From the NCBI GenBank assembly GCA_964016885.1, contig OZ024742.1, positions 283,402,001-283,466,000 of the forward strand: a stretch of DNA of 64,000 bases, read 5' to 3'. The translations under genes and the position numbers were made by a program. Within the stretch, counting starts at the first letter, position 1, and each line of letters begins with the position of its first letter. Shown piece after piece: positions 1 to 12,684 of the stretch. A model generated the notes under the pieces. The model ran no database searches. It worked only from the letters and a program-made list of their open reading frames with translations, and was not told where the DNA came from. This DNA comes from Eledone cirrhosa (lineage: Eukaryota).

Positions 1-280
1 CCTTTCTAAGAGAGGGAAACTCTGGGAAAAAACCTGTGGCTTCGGAAGCATCAGATGATGTTGACCAGTTCTCCTTACCGGATAGTGTTTTCGATGCTCA
101 GAGAGTGGGATTGGTCGAGTGCAAGGCCTTTCCCCACTTAAAAAAACATTCAAAGTATAGGCATTGCTTGTTCAGGATCTGTTACAGGTTCGTGTGGCTG
201 GCCGTAGTCTAAAAGTGCACCATTTTCTGTAACCTGACAAGCAATTGCAATACTCTTAGCAGATTTTGCAGCCATCATAT
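1..280 (+). mobile_element. 3' part of a non-autonomous retroelement/SINE (RTE-associated family)
   Basis: Highly similar to 26120-26428; ends GCAGCCATCAT followed by a (TA)n tail. Confidence 0.6.
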
Positions 281-318
281 ATATATATATATAAATATAT
301 ATATATATAAATATATAT

Positions 319-407
<89 letters not shown>

Positions 408-469
408 TCCCAGGTTCAATCGTGGGTAACCACAGTAAGTAAGGTACTCAGTACATAGTAGAGTATATA

Positions 470-615
470 CAAGATTTAATATAGAAATGGCTTCTACAGA
501 ACTAGAACTGTTATATTCGAAGGAAATCATTAGGCAATCATCAGGAAAGTCCTGATGATTTCCTTCGAATGAAACAGTTCTAGTCCTGTAGAAGCCATTT
601 CTATATTAAATCTTA
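470..615. repeat. Nested inverted repeat (PLE pseudo-LTR remnant) containing a hammerhead core
   Basis: aagatttaatatagaaatggcttctacag...ctgtagaagccatttctatattaaatctt, with inner hairpin aatcatcagg/cctgatgatt. Confidence 0.8.
548..594 (+). ncRNA. Type I hammerhead ribozyme, stem I damaged
   Basis: CTGATGA (552-558), stem II ttc/gaa, GAAA (571-574), stem III ACAG/CTGT, GUA triplet; only 2 bp of stem I remain. Confidence 0.5.
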
Positions 616-659
616 CACACACACACACACACACACACATTAGTATAGATATGTAATAA

Positions 660-1860
660 ATGACTGATAAATTTCAGAAAGCCGGTACACTGTGGTAGAA
701 ACATATAAAGGGCAAAGGATAATAAACAAAACAAAACAAAGTCATGTTTTATCCAGTATATTTCAACATGGTATTTCAGGGCTAATACCTCCTTTTCAAA
801 TGTAAAACGAAAACGGTTGAAAACAAAAACGAACGATCGATGCTCTCTTCTAATCGGTCTAAGCGTCTAAAATACGCATGCGTGGAGCCAATATAGTAGC
901 CAATCCGCTTCGTACATGTCCAATCTATTATTTATTTGTGGCTTTTTCTTGTTGATGATAATGGCCTCTTTGATTCTTAAATTTCCCACATTTTTTTCCG
1001 TCGCCTCTGTGGTGATCTCAATGTCCCAGCTGCGGCATTTATCAAGATTTTGTTTAACAGACGCCCTCGTTGTTATGTGTTCATTAATCCGTATGTGCAG
1101 CATCCGAACGGTACTTCCGATGCATGAGGGGCCATATTATTTACATGTGACCTAGGCCACATACGCTCTCAGACACACTTCTGCATTGATGATGGGACAG
1201 CTAGGAAGTGTGCACATATTGTATGCAGATCAGTATCTGTAGAGTAGTTTCCTCAATAATGGTCCTGAGTGTGCCAGCTGTATATTCAGGCCCTCCCTAC
1301 GGATGGTTTGTCTGATGGTAGCAGTCGTCTGCTCATTGAAATGCGACAGCTTTAGGTAGCGTGCGTTCTCTTTGTTCTTTTAAGTGTTGCTGTCTTGGCA
1401 TTTCAGTGTTTTGTGAGAGAAATAGGGTAGCGGTTCTAGGTGAGAACTCTCTGGAATTCCACCAGGCTGGTATGTTTGTCATTATCCTCACTGCATCTGA
1501 TGTGCATCCGGCAAATCTCATTCTGTATTTATATATTGGCTCTGTAGGGAAGGGAAGAAATATGGTGCATAAAAATGGCTTTACATGCATCCTACTTGTC
1601 AAATTTGGTGTACATGGATCCCTCTTCTGTGACTCTTAGTGTAAAGTCGAGTAAAGAGAGGGATCCATTAGTGTCTGAGTGCTCAACATCAAAATCACAT
1701 GTATATATACGTTTTCGAAGACGTTGTAAATTTTGACAGCTTCTTCGCGTGATGAAGTGAACGTCAGGATATCATCCATATACCTGGAGAAGAAGGAGCA
1801 CGAGAGGCAGGTGGTGAGTGTTGTGCGCTCCAACTGGTCTATGTACATGATGGACGTAGA
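660..1860 (-). mobile_element. Degenerate 5'-truncated Penelope-like element (RT C-terminus plus GIY-YIG endonuclease)
   Basis: FFSRYMDDIL (RT) and ...RINEH...LRIKEAIIINKKKPQINNR (PLE GIY-YIG end), fragmented across frames. Confidence 0.8.
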
Positions 1861-1861
1861 G

Positions 1862-2110
1862 TCTTCTTCTTCTTCTTCATCTTCTTCACCCACTTATTCC
1901 TAGAAGGATCGTGGGGGCAGAGCCCTCAAATACGCCATTCAGTGGGTCTTTTGGGAAGCAACCATTTCCAACAGAACTAGCAGGATTCCCAAGCGAATCC
2001 AGCCAAGCTCATGGATGTTATCCAACCATCTTGGTCGGGGTCTACTCCTGGGTCTTCTAGTGGTTAGTTTTGCCTATAAAATCTGTCCTGGAGTGACTCT
2101 GATCTCTGAG
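1862..2110 (-). mobile_element. 3' end fragment of an RTE-type LINE with (GAA)n tail
   Basis: Minus-strand RRPRSRPRPRWLDNI-like C-terminus; (TCT)n at 1862-1890. Confidence 0.55.
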
Positions 2111-2374
2111 CTACGTACTTCATCTCTATTTTTACTACAAAGCTAAAAGTGTTTTTATTAAACATATGATTGTAACTTTGCTTCGTGACCGACAGATATT
2201 TATAGTAAAGCTTTACGAATATCTGTATACTTCTACATTAGCTGAAATATCGAGATGTTCCGAAACGTTACCGTAATGCGTGTGTTGTTTACATGAGTCA
2301 AATATTTAGAAGGAATCACAACAACCGTTGTGATTTAGTAAATGGATACATGTACACTGACACACAGACACGCG

Positions 2375-2497
<123 letters not shown>

Positions 2498-5400
2498 GGT
2501 AACATGTATCCCAGTACTGGTAACATGTATCCCAGTACAACCTGTCTCATGGTCGGGTCGTTGGCGACTAAACTGGCAACCCCACCAAGATTTCTTGGTG
2601 AGGAGGGTGACTTTGGACATCCTGCAGGACTAAAAACAAAACCTGTCAAAGGGCAAAGGAACTCCTGGGAGCTCTTAAGAGCTCTTGGAGTCAATGGCCA
2701 TCCAAAACCAGCACGGCCCGCCGAAAGGCGCTGCAGTGCCGGAAAAGTCAACTTCCTGCTACTAGTATGCTGGTAAGCTAGTACAACGTATCTCCAGACG
2801 GATAGAGTGGGTCCGTAGCTTTGGTTAGCGACTACTCTAGTGCTTGCAACACGAACAATTTGGGCGAGGGTATAACTGCCAGGTTGGTATCTGGCGCCGG
2901 GTAACCCACCACACGGAGGAGAAAGCACCTTCTTCAAGACTTGGCTGTCAAATTCTTTCACATGTGTGTAGTAGTGGCGCCCACACACATTATTAGCTAT
3001 TTGAAAAGATGATGATTTCGTAACTGACTGCACCAGGGTTCCTGTTCCTCAGGGAACCACACTATATGGTATACCTGTTGATATAGGTCCAGCCCCTGCT
3101 TTCCCGGGTCCTGTTTCTGATCATAAGGCACCTACAAAGGCATCAAATGATGATGAATCCTCAAATCTCAAGGGATGGGGTTCATCTGATGGAGAAGAAA
3201 CACGTCCTAACCAAACAACAAGCAAATCTCGCTTGGCTAGCTGTAAAAAGCAAATAATAGTTAGCTCCTTGAACACCAGAACCCTCCTTCCAACAGGTAG
3301 ACTCCAGGAGCTGGCAGAGAATGCCAAACTTCAGAACATTGACATCCTTGCGGTCCAAGAACACCGCTTTTTCCACCCAAAGGATGATCTCAAGTATCAC
3401 ACTCTAGGATCCTACCAACTTGTCACCTCTTCAGCCACCAAGAACCCTGTCAATGCCTCCGTCGGAGGAGTCGGCTTCCTTCTCTCATCTAAAGCCAGCA
3501 ATAATCTTCTGGGGATTGAAACAATCTCTCCCAAAATCTTGATGCTTACACTAGAGGGCAATCCTAGAACCACTGCGATATGTGTATACAGTCCTCATAA
3601 CGCCTCTCCTGAGGATGAGGTAAGAGAATTCTACACGACCCTTCGCACAGTTGTTGAGCAAGTACCCTTACACAACTTTCTTATCATCGCTGGAGACCTC
3701 AACGCTCAACTTGGCCTGGATGAAGTAAAGTTCACATACAATAGGGTTACTAACCGAAACGAGGAATATCTCAAGGACTTCATGGAAGAATTCAGTCTAT
3801 TCAGCTCAAACAACAGCTTCATGAAGACCAGAGGCCAGCTTTGGACCTTCGAATACCCAAACCCAAAACGAGCTCAGATTGACTATTTGATATTTCGCAA
3901 GAAATGGAGAAACTCAATCAAAGATTCTAGATCTTATTCCTCCTTTAGCTCTGTCAGCTCAGATCATCGAGTCATCTCGGCAACAATCAAACTTAGTCTC
4001 AGGATATCCAAGAGGGCCGAACCTCATCCCATGAAAAGAATAGACTGGAAAGCCGTTTCTTCCAACAAACAACTATCCAATAGCTTCACGCTTCAAGTCT
4101 ATAACAGATTTCAATCTCTCTCAACTTTTGACATCAATGACGATAATATTGAGGATGTGTATGACTGTCTTAAGCAATCAACAGAGGAAGTTGCACTTGC
4201 CACCCTACCTAAAAAGAAAAGCCGAATGAAACCTAGTGCCTCAGAGAAGGTAGTTGAGGCAAGGGCCCATCTTAGGTCAATATTCCAATCTCACCATCAA
4301 TCACCATCTCAAGGGGAAAAAGATACAGCTTATCATGGCCAAAAAATCACTAGACGACGCTTATCTTAATGCTGAAGCCGACTATATCTCAGGTAGGATT
4401 GATCAGCTATCGCAACATCACATCAGCAAACACCATCATCTTGCTTGGAAGGTTGTCAAAGATCTTTCAGGCAAAAACTCAAACTCTGCAGTTAGAATCA
4501 AAGGAGGCTCTGCCAAAAAACGTCTTGAAAATTGGTCTGCTCATTTTAAAAACCTTCTAGGGAAAAAGGCCAGACTCCCTGATAACTATCAACTGCCATC
4601 CGTTCAGGTTTCAGAGCCTTTAGGAATCAACACCCCTCCTTTCACCATGCCTGAGCTCAAAGAAGCCATCAAACAGCTCAAAGCCTCAAAAGCCTTTGGG
4701 CCGGATAATATACCTACCCTGATTTGGAAGGATGAGCATTTCCACATCCTTTTGCTCAACTTATGTAACCATACTTTCGAGACCAATAAACCACCTAGCG
4801 TCTGGCATGCAGCTCAAATTATCCCCATGCCCAAAAAAGGAGATCTTTCTTTAGCCACCAACTATAGAGGAATTTCTCTCATGGCAATTGCTGCAAAAAT
4901 ATACAACAAGCTTCTTCTTAACCGCTTAATCCCATTTCTTGAGCCAATCCTTCGTAACAACCAGAATGGATTTAGGAGAGGTAGATAAATACTTAGCCAG
5001 ATTATCTGCCTTCGCCGACTTATAGAGGAGTCCCAAAACCGCAATCTAGACCTTGCACTCATCTTTGTTGATTTTTCAAAAGCCTTCGACTCAGTTGACA
5101 GGTCGGGGATGTTTGAAATTCTACAACTCTATGGGATTCCTGATAAAATCATCGCGGCCATACATGAAATGTATACAGATACCAAATCAACTCTCCTGAC
5201 CCCAGATGGGGAAACACCACCTTTCTCAATCCTCGCTGGAATGTTACAGGGCGATACCCTTGCTCCGTATCTATTTATCATTGTTGTGGATTATGTTTTG
5301 CGCATGTCTGTGGATAGGATTCAGGATAGGGGATACCAACTACAGCCTAGGAGAAGCTCACGCTACCCAGCAAAATACTTGACCGACACCGACTTTGCTG

Positions 5401-6155
5401 ACGACATCGCATTTATCAGTCGGTCACTGGAAAATGCTGAGAGTCTTTTGAAGTCATTAGAGCAAGCGTCTAACTGTGTTGGACTGTACCTCAACGAATC
5501 CAAGACTGAGTATGTGAACAGATGCGCAAACAGCCCAAACTACCCCATCAGAACCCTTAATGGTTCCACCCTTAAACAGGTGGAAGATTACAAGTATCTT
5601 GGCTATATATCTCCTCCTCCAAAAAAGATTTTCTAACCAGGAAGGGTATGGCATGGTCAGCGTGCAATGACATGCACGCCATATGGACATCTCAACTTAC
5701 CAACAAGCTAAAACTGGAAATATTCCAAGAAACCATTAAGCCCATATTACTTTATGGATCCGAAACTTCGACACTAACATCACAACTTGAGAGGAGATTG
5801 GATGGCACATATACCCGCCTCTTAATGAGAGTGCAAAACCTATCCTGGAAACGACATCCCACCTTGTCTAAAATCTATGGCAAACTCCCTCGAGCCTCTG
5901 CCCTTCTAAAATCCCGGAGAGCTCAATTTGCTGGCCACTGTCACCGTGCCAGCAATGAAATCATATCCGCTCTCTTGCTCTGGAACCCTGACTCCAGCCT
6001 GACTAGGAGTAGGAAGCTGTCATTCCCTGACGTTATCTCTAGGGATACGGGAATCAGTAGACAGGACCTGGGGGCAGCGATGGGGGACAGGGAATTCTGG
6101 GGCATGAGGGTGAGATCCATCATCTCGACAGTAGTCGACGAATGATGATGATGAT
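2498..6155 (+). mobile_element. Near full-length RTE/RTEX non-LTR retrotransposon (APE endonuclease + RT), inactivated
   Basis: SLNTRTL, LAVQEHR, GDLNA, SDH (APE); NYRGISL, QNGFR.GR, LQGDTLAPYLF, FADDIA (RT). Frameshifts near 4310 and 5600, stop at 4986-4988, (TGA)n tail. Confidence 0.92.
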
Positions 6156-7495
6156 ATATATATATATATTGTTATACTTGGGTGTTGCACAGGGTGTGTC
6201 GGTATATATATAGAGAGAGAGAAAGTGAGTATGTTTATGTGTGTTTATGTGTGCACGTGTGTGTGTGTGTAAGTGTGTGCTGATGCAATCGTTATGTTAA
6301 ACTGTAAATCACTAATATTGAACCTCTCATTACGATCAACGTTATTGCCTGTATCACCAGTGCTACATTTAATTCCAAACCTTATTGATTATTGTACTGT
6401 TTATTGAGTTAATCGATACCACTAGCTACAGATCGTCTTTTACACTAACTACTGGTTGACAGTGGATATGACCTCGTGGTGGTGGTGGTGGTGGTGGTGA
6501 GAAGTTTTACTTCGCACTTCCTCACCAATACTGTTGTCATCACCACCACCACCACCTCAACCAGCATTATAACCAATTTTGCCATTATTGCCGCCAGTTT
6601 TCCGGTTTGAGGATAACTTCCTCCCTTCTTTCCACAAGACTTGGAAGCCATGAAAAACAACAAAGGATCGTGGTTGTTGGTCTTCTTTCTTTGACTAAGC
6701 AGTCAAAAACATTATCTAATTTCCCTCTTTTAAAGTAGTTCTGTGATTAAAGGGAAATTCAGTAGCTATCTCTAGCCTGTCGAGAAAGGCTACACTTGTT
6801 TATAGACTATTCCTCTCGTTCATTGGTCATCATGTTTTGTTTTTGTTTGTTTTGTTCTGTTTTTGTGTGCGTGTGACTAGGACTACATTACCGTTTCTTT
6901 TTTTAAGTAGGTTGCGGTTTGAGTGAGATTTTACTGTTATTTCTAGCGTGTCGAGCGTATTCGTGCCTAATGTAACTTCGTCGGTTAAATTACTGTAACT
7001 TAGCCGACTTGACCGACCGCTTCCTTTTCGTGCTAGTCGCTGTCAATACCTCCAATCTGCTCAGCCCCTTGACTGCGATTTAACTCCGCAAAATCGGAAG
7101 GAGTGATCACACCCGAGGAAGGAACCCCGTAAGTTGGAGTGGCTGATACAACAAGTGTCGCTGGTTGTTCTCCGCGGCAATGCTTTCACCATCTTGTCAG
7201 CGAGGCACAGCGGAGATGTACTGCCTAGCTAGGAATGTAAAGTTTGCCCCTCCCTTCTCTTTTTCTCGTCATTTAATTTGTTTCTCTTCTTCTTGTTAAT
7301 TATGTAAAATATTTATGTAACTAAAGTTTATTAGTATAGTATTTATATTTACAATCCGTTTACAGTAAATGTTTCAACCAAGAGTCAACCATCTTTTATC
7401 TCACATTCTATAAGATGTTATAAAATTATGAACAGTTTGGGTAGAATTTCAAAAGTTTTAACGTCAGTAAATTCCTTTATTTCTCCAATTATCTC

Positions 7496-7616
7496 GTATT
7501 TTACTATTTCTATTGTTTGTCTGATAAATCTGTTGTATGTTAATGTTTCTGTTAGTTGCCTGACGATTCTGTTGTATTTTCCTATTTCCCTTGGTTGCCT
7601 GATGATTTTGTTGTAT
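7496..7616. repeat. Three degenerate 39-bp tandem repeats
   Basis: Units start gtat at 7496, 7535 and 7574, each with a ctga..a.t.tgtt end. Confidence 0.65.
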
Positions 7617-8030
7617 AACAACCGACATTATGTAAATGTCATGCAATACTTTGTTGTGGATATCTCTCTGCTTCAGCTTTTAAATTTGATGAAGTGCTTA
7701 CGTATCCTTTAATGGATTTCCACTTCGCAGCATTTCTAGTGATTCTTTGACAACAGGAAGTCCATCATCTTCTTTTACGTGAATGTCGTTCATTTCAGTG
7801 ACTTTTATGGGAAAATATTTTGCTTCTTCAAAATGATTAAATCAAAACACACATGTTACGGCACTTAAACCGGAAAAGTTTAATATGAAGGCTGTCGTTT
7901 CCCTTTTAAGTGCTTATTGCTGCTGTTGGAACTGTTTTTATTGTTGCGTGGTTCAGTTGCCGTCACGGTAATAGAAAATTTTACATTGTATTCACTTTAA
8001 TTATAATCTTTAAAATGAAGTAATAATAAT

Positions 8031-8570
8031 AATTGTTTCTACTATTGGCACAAGGCCAGAAATTACCCAGTACATTACTGGTACTTTATTTTATCGACCC
8101 CGTAAGGATGAAAGGCAAAGTTAACCTCGGCGGGATTTGAACTCAGAATGGCAAGGGCCGTAACTCTATGCGTCAAAGCATGGCGTCCGATCCTCTATCG
8201 ATACTGCCAATTACAATAATGATGATTTCTACTTGAGAGACAAGGCCAGCAATTTTAGGAAAAAGAAAGTCGATTAAATTGATCCCAGTATTTGATTAGT
8301 ACTCTATTTCATTGACCCTGCAAGGTTGAAAGGCAAAGTTGACCTCAGTGAGATTCGAAACCAGAACGTAGAGGGCTGCAATTCATTTCATCCAACGCTG
8401 TCCAATCGATCTCTCTTAAATAACGATTTCTAATTTTGGCATAAGGTCAACAATTTGGGGTGGAGGAAGTCGATTATATTCACACCATTAACGTGATTGG
8501 TACCATATTTTATCGACCTCAGAAATATGAAAGACAAAGTTAACCTCGATAAGATTTGAACTGAAAGCAT
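8031..8570 (-). mobile_element. Three adjacent copies of a tRNA-derived SINE of decreasing conservation
   Basis: Each has the reverse complement of GAGTTCAAATC (B box) and of the core ccgaggttaactttgcctttcatcc...gtcgataaaataaagtaccag. Confidence 0.8.
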
Positions 8571-8826
8571 GTCTCCTTGGTACTGTTAGAACCTTAAGAT
8601 ATGTTAGGCCTGCTCGAGCAAATGTACAATAAAAGATGTTGCTGCCATGATGTACACACATACAAACACAGGGTCGACGTTACCATTAGGCCAACTAGGC
8701 AGCTGCCTATGGCGCAGACTTCATAAAGGCACATTGCTGAACTTTAAAGGATCACAGTCTAATACAAATTTGTACAATCAAATTAGATATATGATAATCT
8801 GCGATTAATAAATAAATCGCTAAATA

Positions 8827-10065
8827 TTGGGTTGGAGAGAAATTTCCCGTCCTTTTTCAAAAGTGGGTATTTTGGTAAAGATTTTTTAGAAATGTTGAAG
8901 GTTGCGCATGAAGGGTGCACATTATATAAGAAGTGGTGTTGGTATGCAATATGTGTATTTCTCATTTTCTGTTACGCTGTCAAAGGGCAAGCAACACGGA
9001 GGATCTATCCTTTATTCGTGGCTGTTTACGTTATGACTTCAAATCTGGCCTAAGCGCAGTAGCATCGAGTCGTCGCATTAACAATGCATTTGAGTCACAC
9101 ATCATGACTGAACGCAGTGCCAGGGTCTGGTTCGCACGCTTCCATTCTGGTATTACAGCCTTGAAGATCGACTTCGCACAGGAAGTCCATCCGACTTCAA
9201 TAACAAGCAACTGTATGAGCTGGTGGAAGCCGACCTATGCTAGACACCACGTCAACTCCTCTAAGCGGTTCGGGAATTAAAACGACTATCCTCAATCACT
9301 TGTATGTAGTGTTCAACCAGGATCAATATCCAATCTAACTGACCGTAATCGTAAATGTCGGGTAGCAGCCATGAGTTCTCTGCTCTCCTACCATCGCACA
9401 ATCAACTGGTTACGTTCCATTGTCACTGGCGATGAAAAGTGGTATCTCTACATTAATGTCAAGCGCAAGCGAACGTGGGTTGATAAAGAGAGTGCGCCCC
9501 AACGACAAGCAAAGGTTGGCCTCCAACATCACAAGGCCCTGCTGAGCGTCTGGCGGGACTGTAAAGGTGTCATCCACTACGAGCTGCTCCCACTGAACAC
9601 CAGCATAACCTCTGACGTCTATTACCAACAACTTGATAAATTAGTGGCGAAAATCGCACAGGTGCGCCCACACCATGGTTGTGTTCGATTCCTTCATTAT
9701 AACACTCGGCCTCATACATAAAGATTGACCCATGAAAAGCTGATGGAGCTGGGTTAGGAGGTCCTGCTCCACCCACCGTATTCACCCGATCTCACACCTA
9801 CAGACTATCACCTTTTTTCTCTCAATGAGCAATGCAATTCAGTCAAAAACCTTCGCCAATGAAGACCAGTTAAATCAGTGGCTGGCAGAATTTTTTGCAT
9901 TAAAGCCAGAAGAATTCTACAAGGATAGAATCGAGTGCCTTCCTAAACGACGGCAAAGGGTAATCAAAAATGATGGCGATTAATTTTACTTTATTTTCAT
10001 AATGTTAAAAAACGCCAAAGACAATAAAAATTTGAAAAGCGACGAGAATTTTCTGACGAAACTAA
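8827..10065 (+). mobile_element. Mariner (DD34D-type) transposon, decayed
   Basis: IVTGDEKW, HYNTRPH and PPYSPDL.PTDYHLF motifs; imperfect TIRs ttgggttggagagaaatttcccgtc / gacgagaattttctgacgaaactaa; flanking TA at 8825 and 10066. Confidence 0.9.
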
Positions 10066-10676
10066 TATCTTTGCTATGCAACAGCGTTGTACAAATATAC
10101 CAACTGTGGAGAGGATCGTATGGGGTTATGACCTGTCACATGATTTTGCGTGGGTGAGAGTGGAGTGTGTAGTGGAAAATGAAGCCTAATAATTTTGTTA
10201 GTATGGTCAGAGTAAGAAGCATTAAATATGTTCGTAACCTTACAAAACATTAAGTTGAAATTGTTTTATTCGAGAGGATGGCTCGCATAACTGGGACATG
10301 GGGTGCATATTGTAGGCGCTGGCTCTCGCTTCACCTGTTACTGAACATACATAAAACAGCACAAACATTCACAAACACCATCGATGGACTTCCATCGGTC
10401 TCCATAATGTGTGTTCCAGTTGTTTGATCAACCGAACAGCTAGCTCAAAAAATGAACGTATAAGTGTCTGAAAATTCCACAGACATGTGTATTAACATAA
10501 TTCTCAGGAAGATTCGGTATGACACAGTTTGTGACAAGTCTGGCTCTTAGACTTGCAGGTACAGTCCACTTAATGGGCTTCCACAGTTTCCGTCTACTCA
10601 GTTTCATTCACAAGGTATGGGTAAACTCGAGGTTACAATGAATGACACTTTTCCAAAATGCCTCGCAATGTGATCA

Positions 10677-10990
10677 CAGATCTGTCAACGGGGAGATCTC
10701 CGTCCGACGAGGAGATCTCCCACCCACTTTGGGGTGGGTGAGAGATGTCTTCTCTTGTGAAAATGAATATAGCTTTCATTATGTAAAATCCCGCCGAGGT
10801 TGACTTTGCCTTTCATCCTTACGGGGTCGATAAAATAAAGTACCAGTAATGCACTGGGTAATTGCTGGCCTTGTACCTAAAAGTAGAAACAATTATGTAA
10901 AATCTCCCCATTTTTCCTCATTTTTCCCCATTTTGGGGTACATTTTTTCATGGTACTCCCCGTTTGGATCTATAGATGTTGGCAAGCCAG
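10677..10990. mobile_element. MITE (CAGA.CTG.CAA termini) interrupted by a 5'-truncated SINE
   Basis: Related inverted copy at 36196-36387; SINE 10791-10891 is flanked by duplicated attatgtaaaatc (10778-10790, 10892-10904). Confidence 0.6.
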
Positions 10991-11383
10991 CGATCGACCC
11001 CTGAGTTTAATGATTTCAAAGCGAACCTCTTAGCCATTTGACCACGATACGTCCCCGATCACCAGCAGCTGCAACAACATCCAGCACATTCACTATGATA
11101 ATGTGTGTACTGCAAATAAGAGGGATTTTAACCCCGGCTGGCATGCTTTCGTCCTGGTAACCCAGTATAACACAAGGTCTGTTGGCTTTGTTCGGCTCAG
11201 GTTTACATTGTTGACACATCTAAAAGGTTTTCTTAAACAATATCACTGGGTATTTGAATACTTTAACGTCGTAATTGTTTGGGTTTTTTTGTACATGTAT
11301 GTTACTCAGTCGTTTGAATATGTGAAGGGTGATTTCAGTGTATATCTCTGTGTGCGTGATTTTGTGTGTCTGAGTCTGTGTGT

Positions 11384-11425
<42 letters not shown>

Positions 11426-11503
11426 ACGTATGTATTTCGATAGGTGTAAGTATATATTTACATAGCCGTATACTTAAAGGAATAAATATGTATTATTTGT
11501 ATA

Positions 11504-11693
11504 GGGCGGTGGATTGGCAGTATCGGTAGAGGGTCGGACGCCATGCTTTCCAGCATAGTTACGTCCCTTTACGATCTGAGTTCAAATCCCGCCGAGGTTG
11601 ACTTTGCCTTTCATCCTTACGGGGTCGATAAAATAAAGTACCAGTAATGCACTGGGTAATTGCTGGCCTTGTGCCAAAAGTAGAAACAATTAT
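11504..11693 (+). mobile_element. Full-length tRNA-derived SINE (Meta-domain-like core)
   Basis: A box TGGCAGTATCGG, B box GAGTTCAAATCC, (ATT)n tail; nearly identical to 35524-35710 and 27977-28165. Confidence 0.85.
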
Positions 11694-11879
11694 TTGTATA
11701 TACATATATATATGTGTGTGTGTGTGTGTGTTTATGTGTGCCTGGGTGCGTGTGCGTGTGTGCGTGCGCACGTGTGTTGTACATATTTATGTGGATGTAT
11801 GTATATAGTTTGCATGTGTGTGCGTTTATATACACTGATTTATTCACGCATACAAATTTACATATTTATAGATAAATAG

Positions 11880-11914
<35 letters not shown>

Positions 11915-12146
11915 CAAACACACATATATATGTACATATATATATATGTATATATATATATATAATATATATATATATATACATACATATATACATATAT
12001 ATATGTATATATATATAATTGTTTCTACTTTAGGCACAAGGCCAGCAATTATCCAGTACATTACTGGTACTTTATTTTATCGACCCCGTAAGTATGAAAG
12101 GCAAAGTTAACCTTATAATATATATATAATATTTATATATATATAT

Positions 12147-12573
12147 ATGGTGGCTGCCAACTCGTTTTCGAGTACGGCCACTACTTTATATCAATGTAGG
12201 AGAACCCCTACCGATGCGCTGAACGAGTGTGACTTTTTAGTCCAGCCAGCGACTTGAAAACTCTGGTACAAACACTATACTTGTGACAATTATTGACACA
12301 TAGTGCTGGGCCCATGGTACCATGTGACGACAAGTGCAGAGAGATCTCCAGATATAAAGCAATGCCTGTGCCGTGAAGCTTTTATAGTGAGCAAAGGCAC
12401 TGCACAAAGCCAGTCCCACTCTCTTAACCAAGATGATACTTACCAAAAAGAAGAACAAGTCAACATCATTGGATACCATCAGGGTTGCAGGTGTTTTCCT
12501 TCTCCTAGAATTCTGCCTTGACAAAGGCTAAGGGGTCATCTCTCACGGTGATTTTGGATGGCCATTGACTCTT

Positions 12574-12574
<1 letters not shown>
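12147..12574 (-). mobile_element. RTE-associated non-autonomous retroelement copy
   Basis: Reverse complement of 12685-13137 and 57240-57694. Confidence 0.85.
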
Positions 12575-12655
<81 letters not shown>

Positions 12656-12684
12656 ATATATATATATATGTATATACATATATA

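Noticed and set aside
745-2280. Hammerhead-like relics at about 745-810 (minus) and 2236-2278 (plus); similar at 21095-21135 (minus)
   Set aside because: The CUGANGA box and/or stem I are too degenerate to support a call.
11504-11595. tRNA genes suggested by A and B boxes (also 51600-51674)
   Set aside because: They are SINE heads that continue into SINE core and tail and do not form a full cloverleaf.
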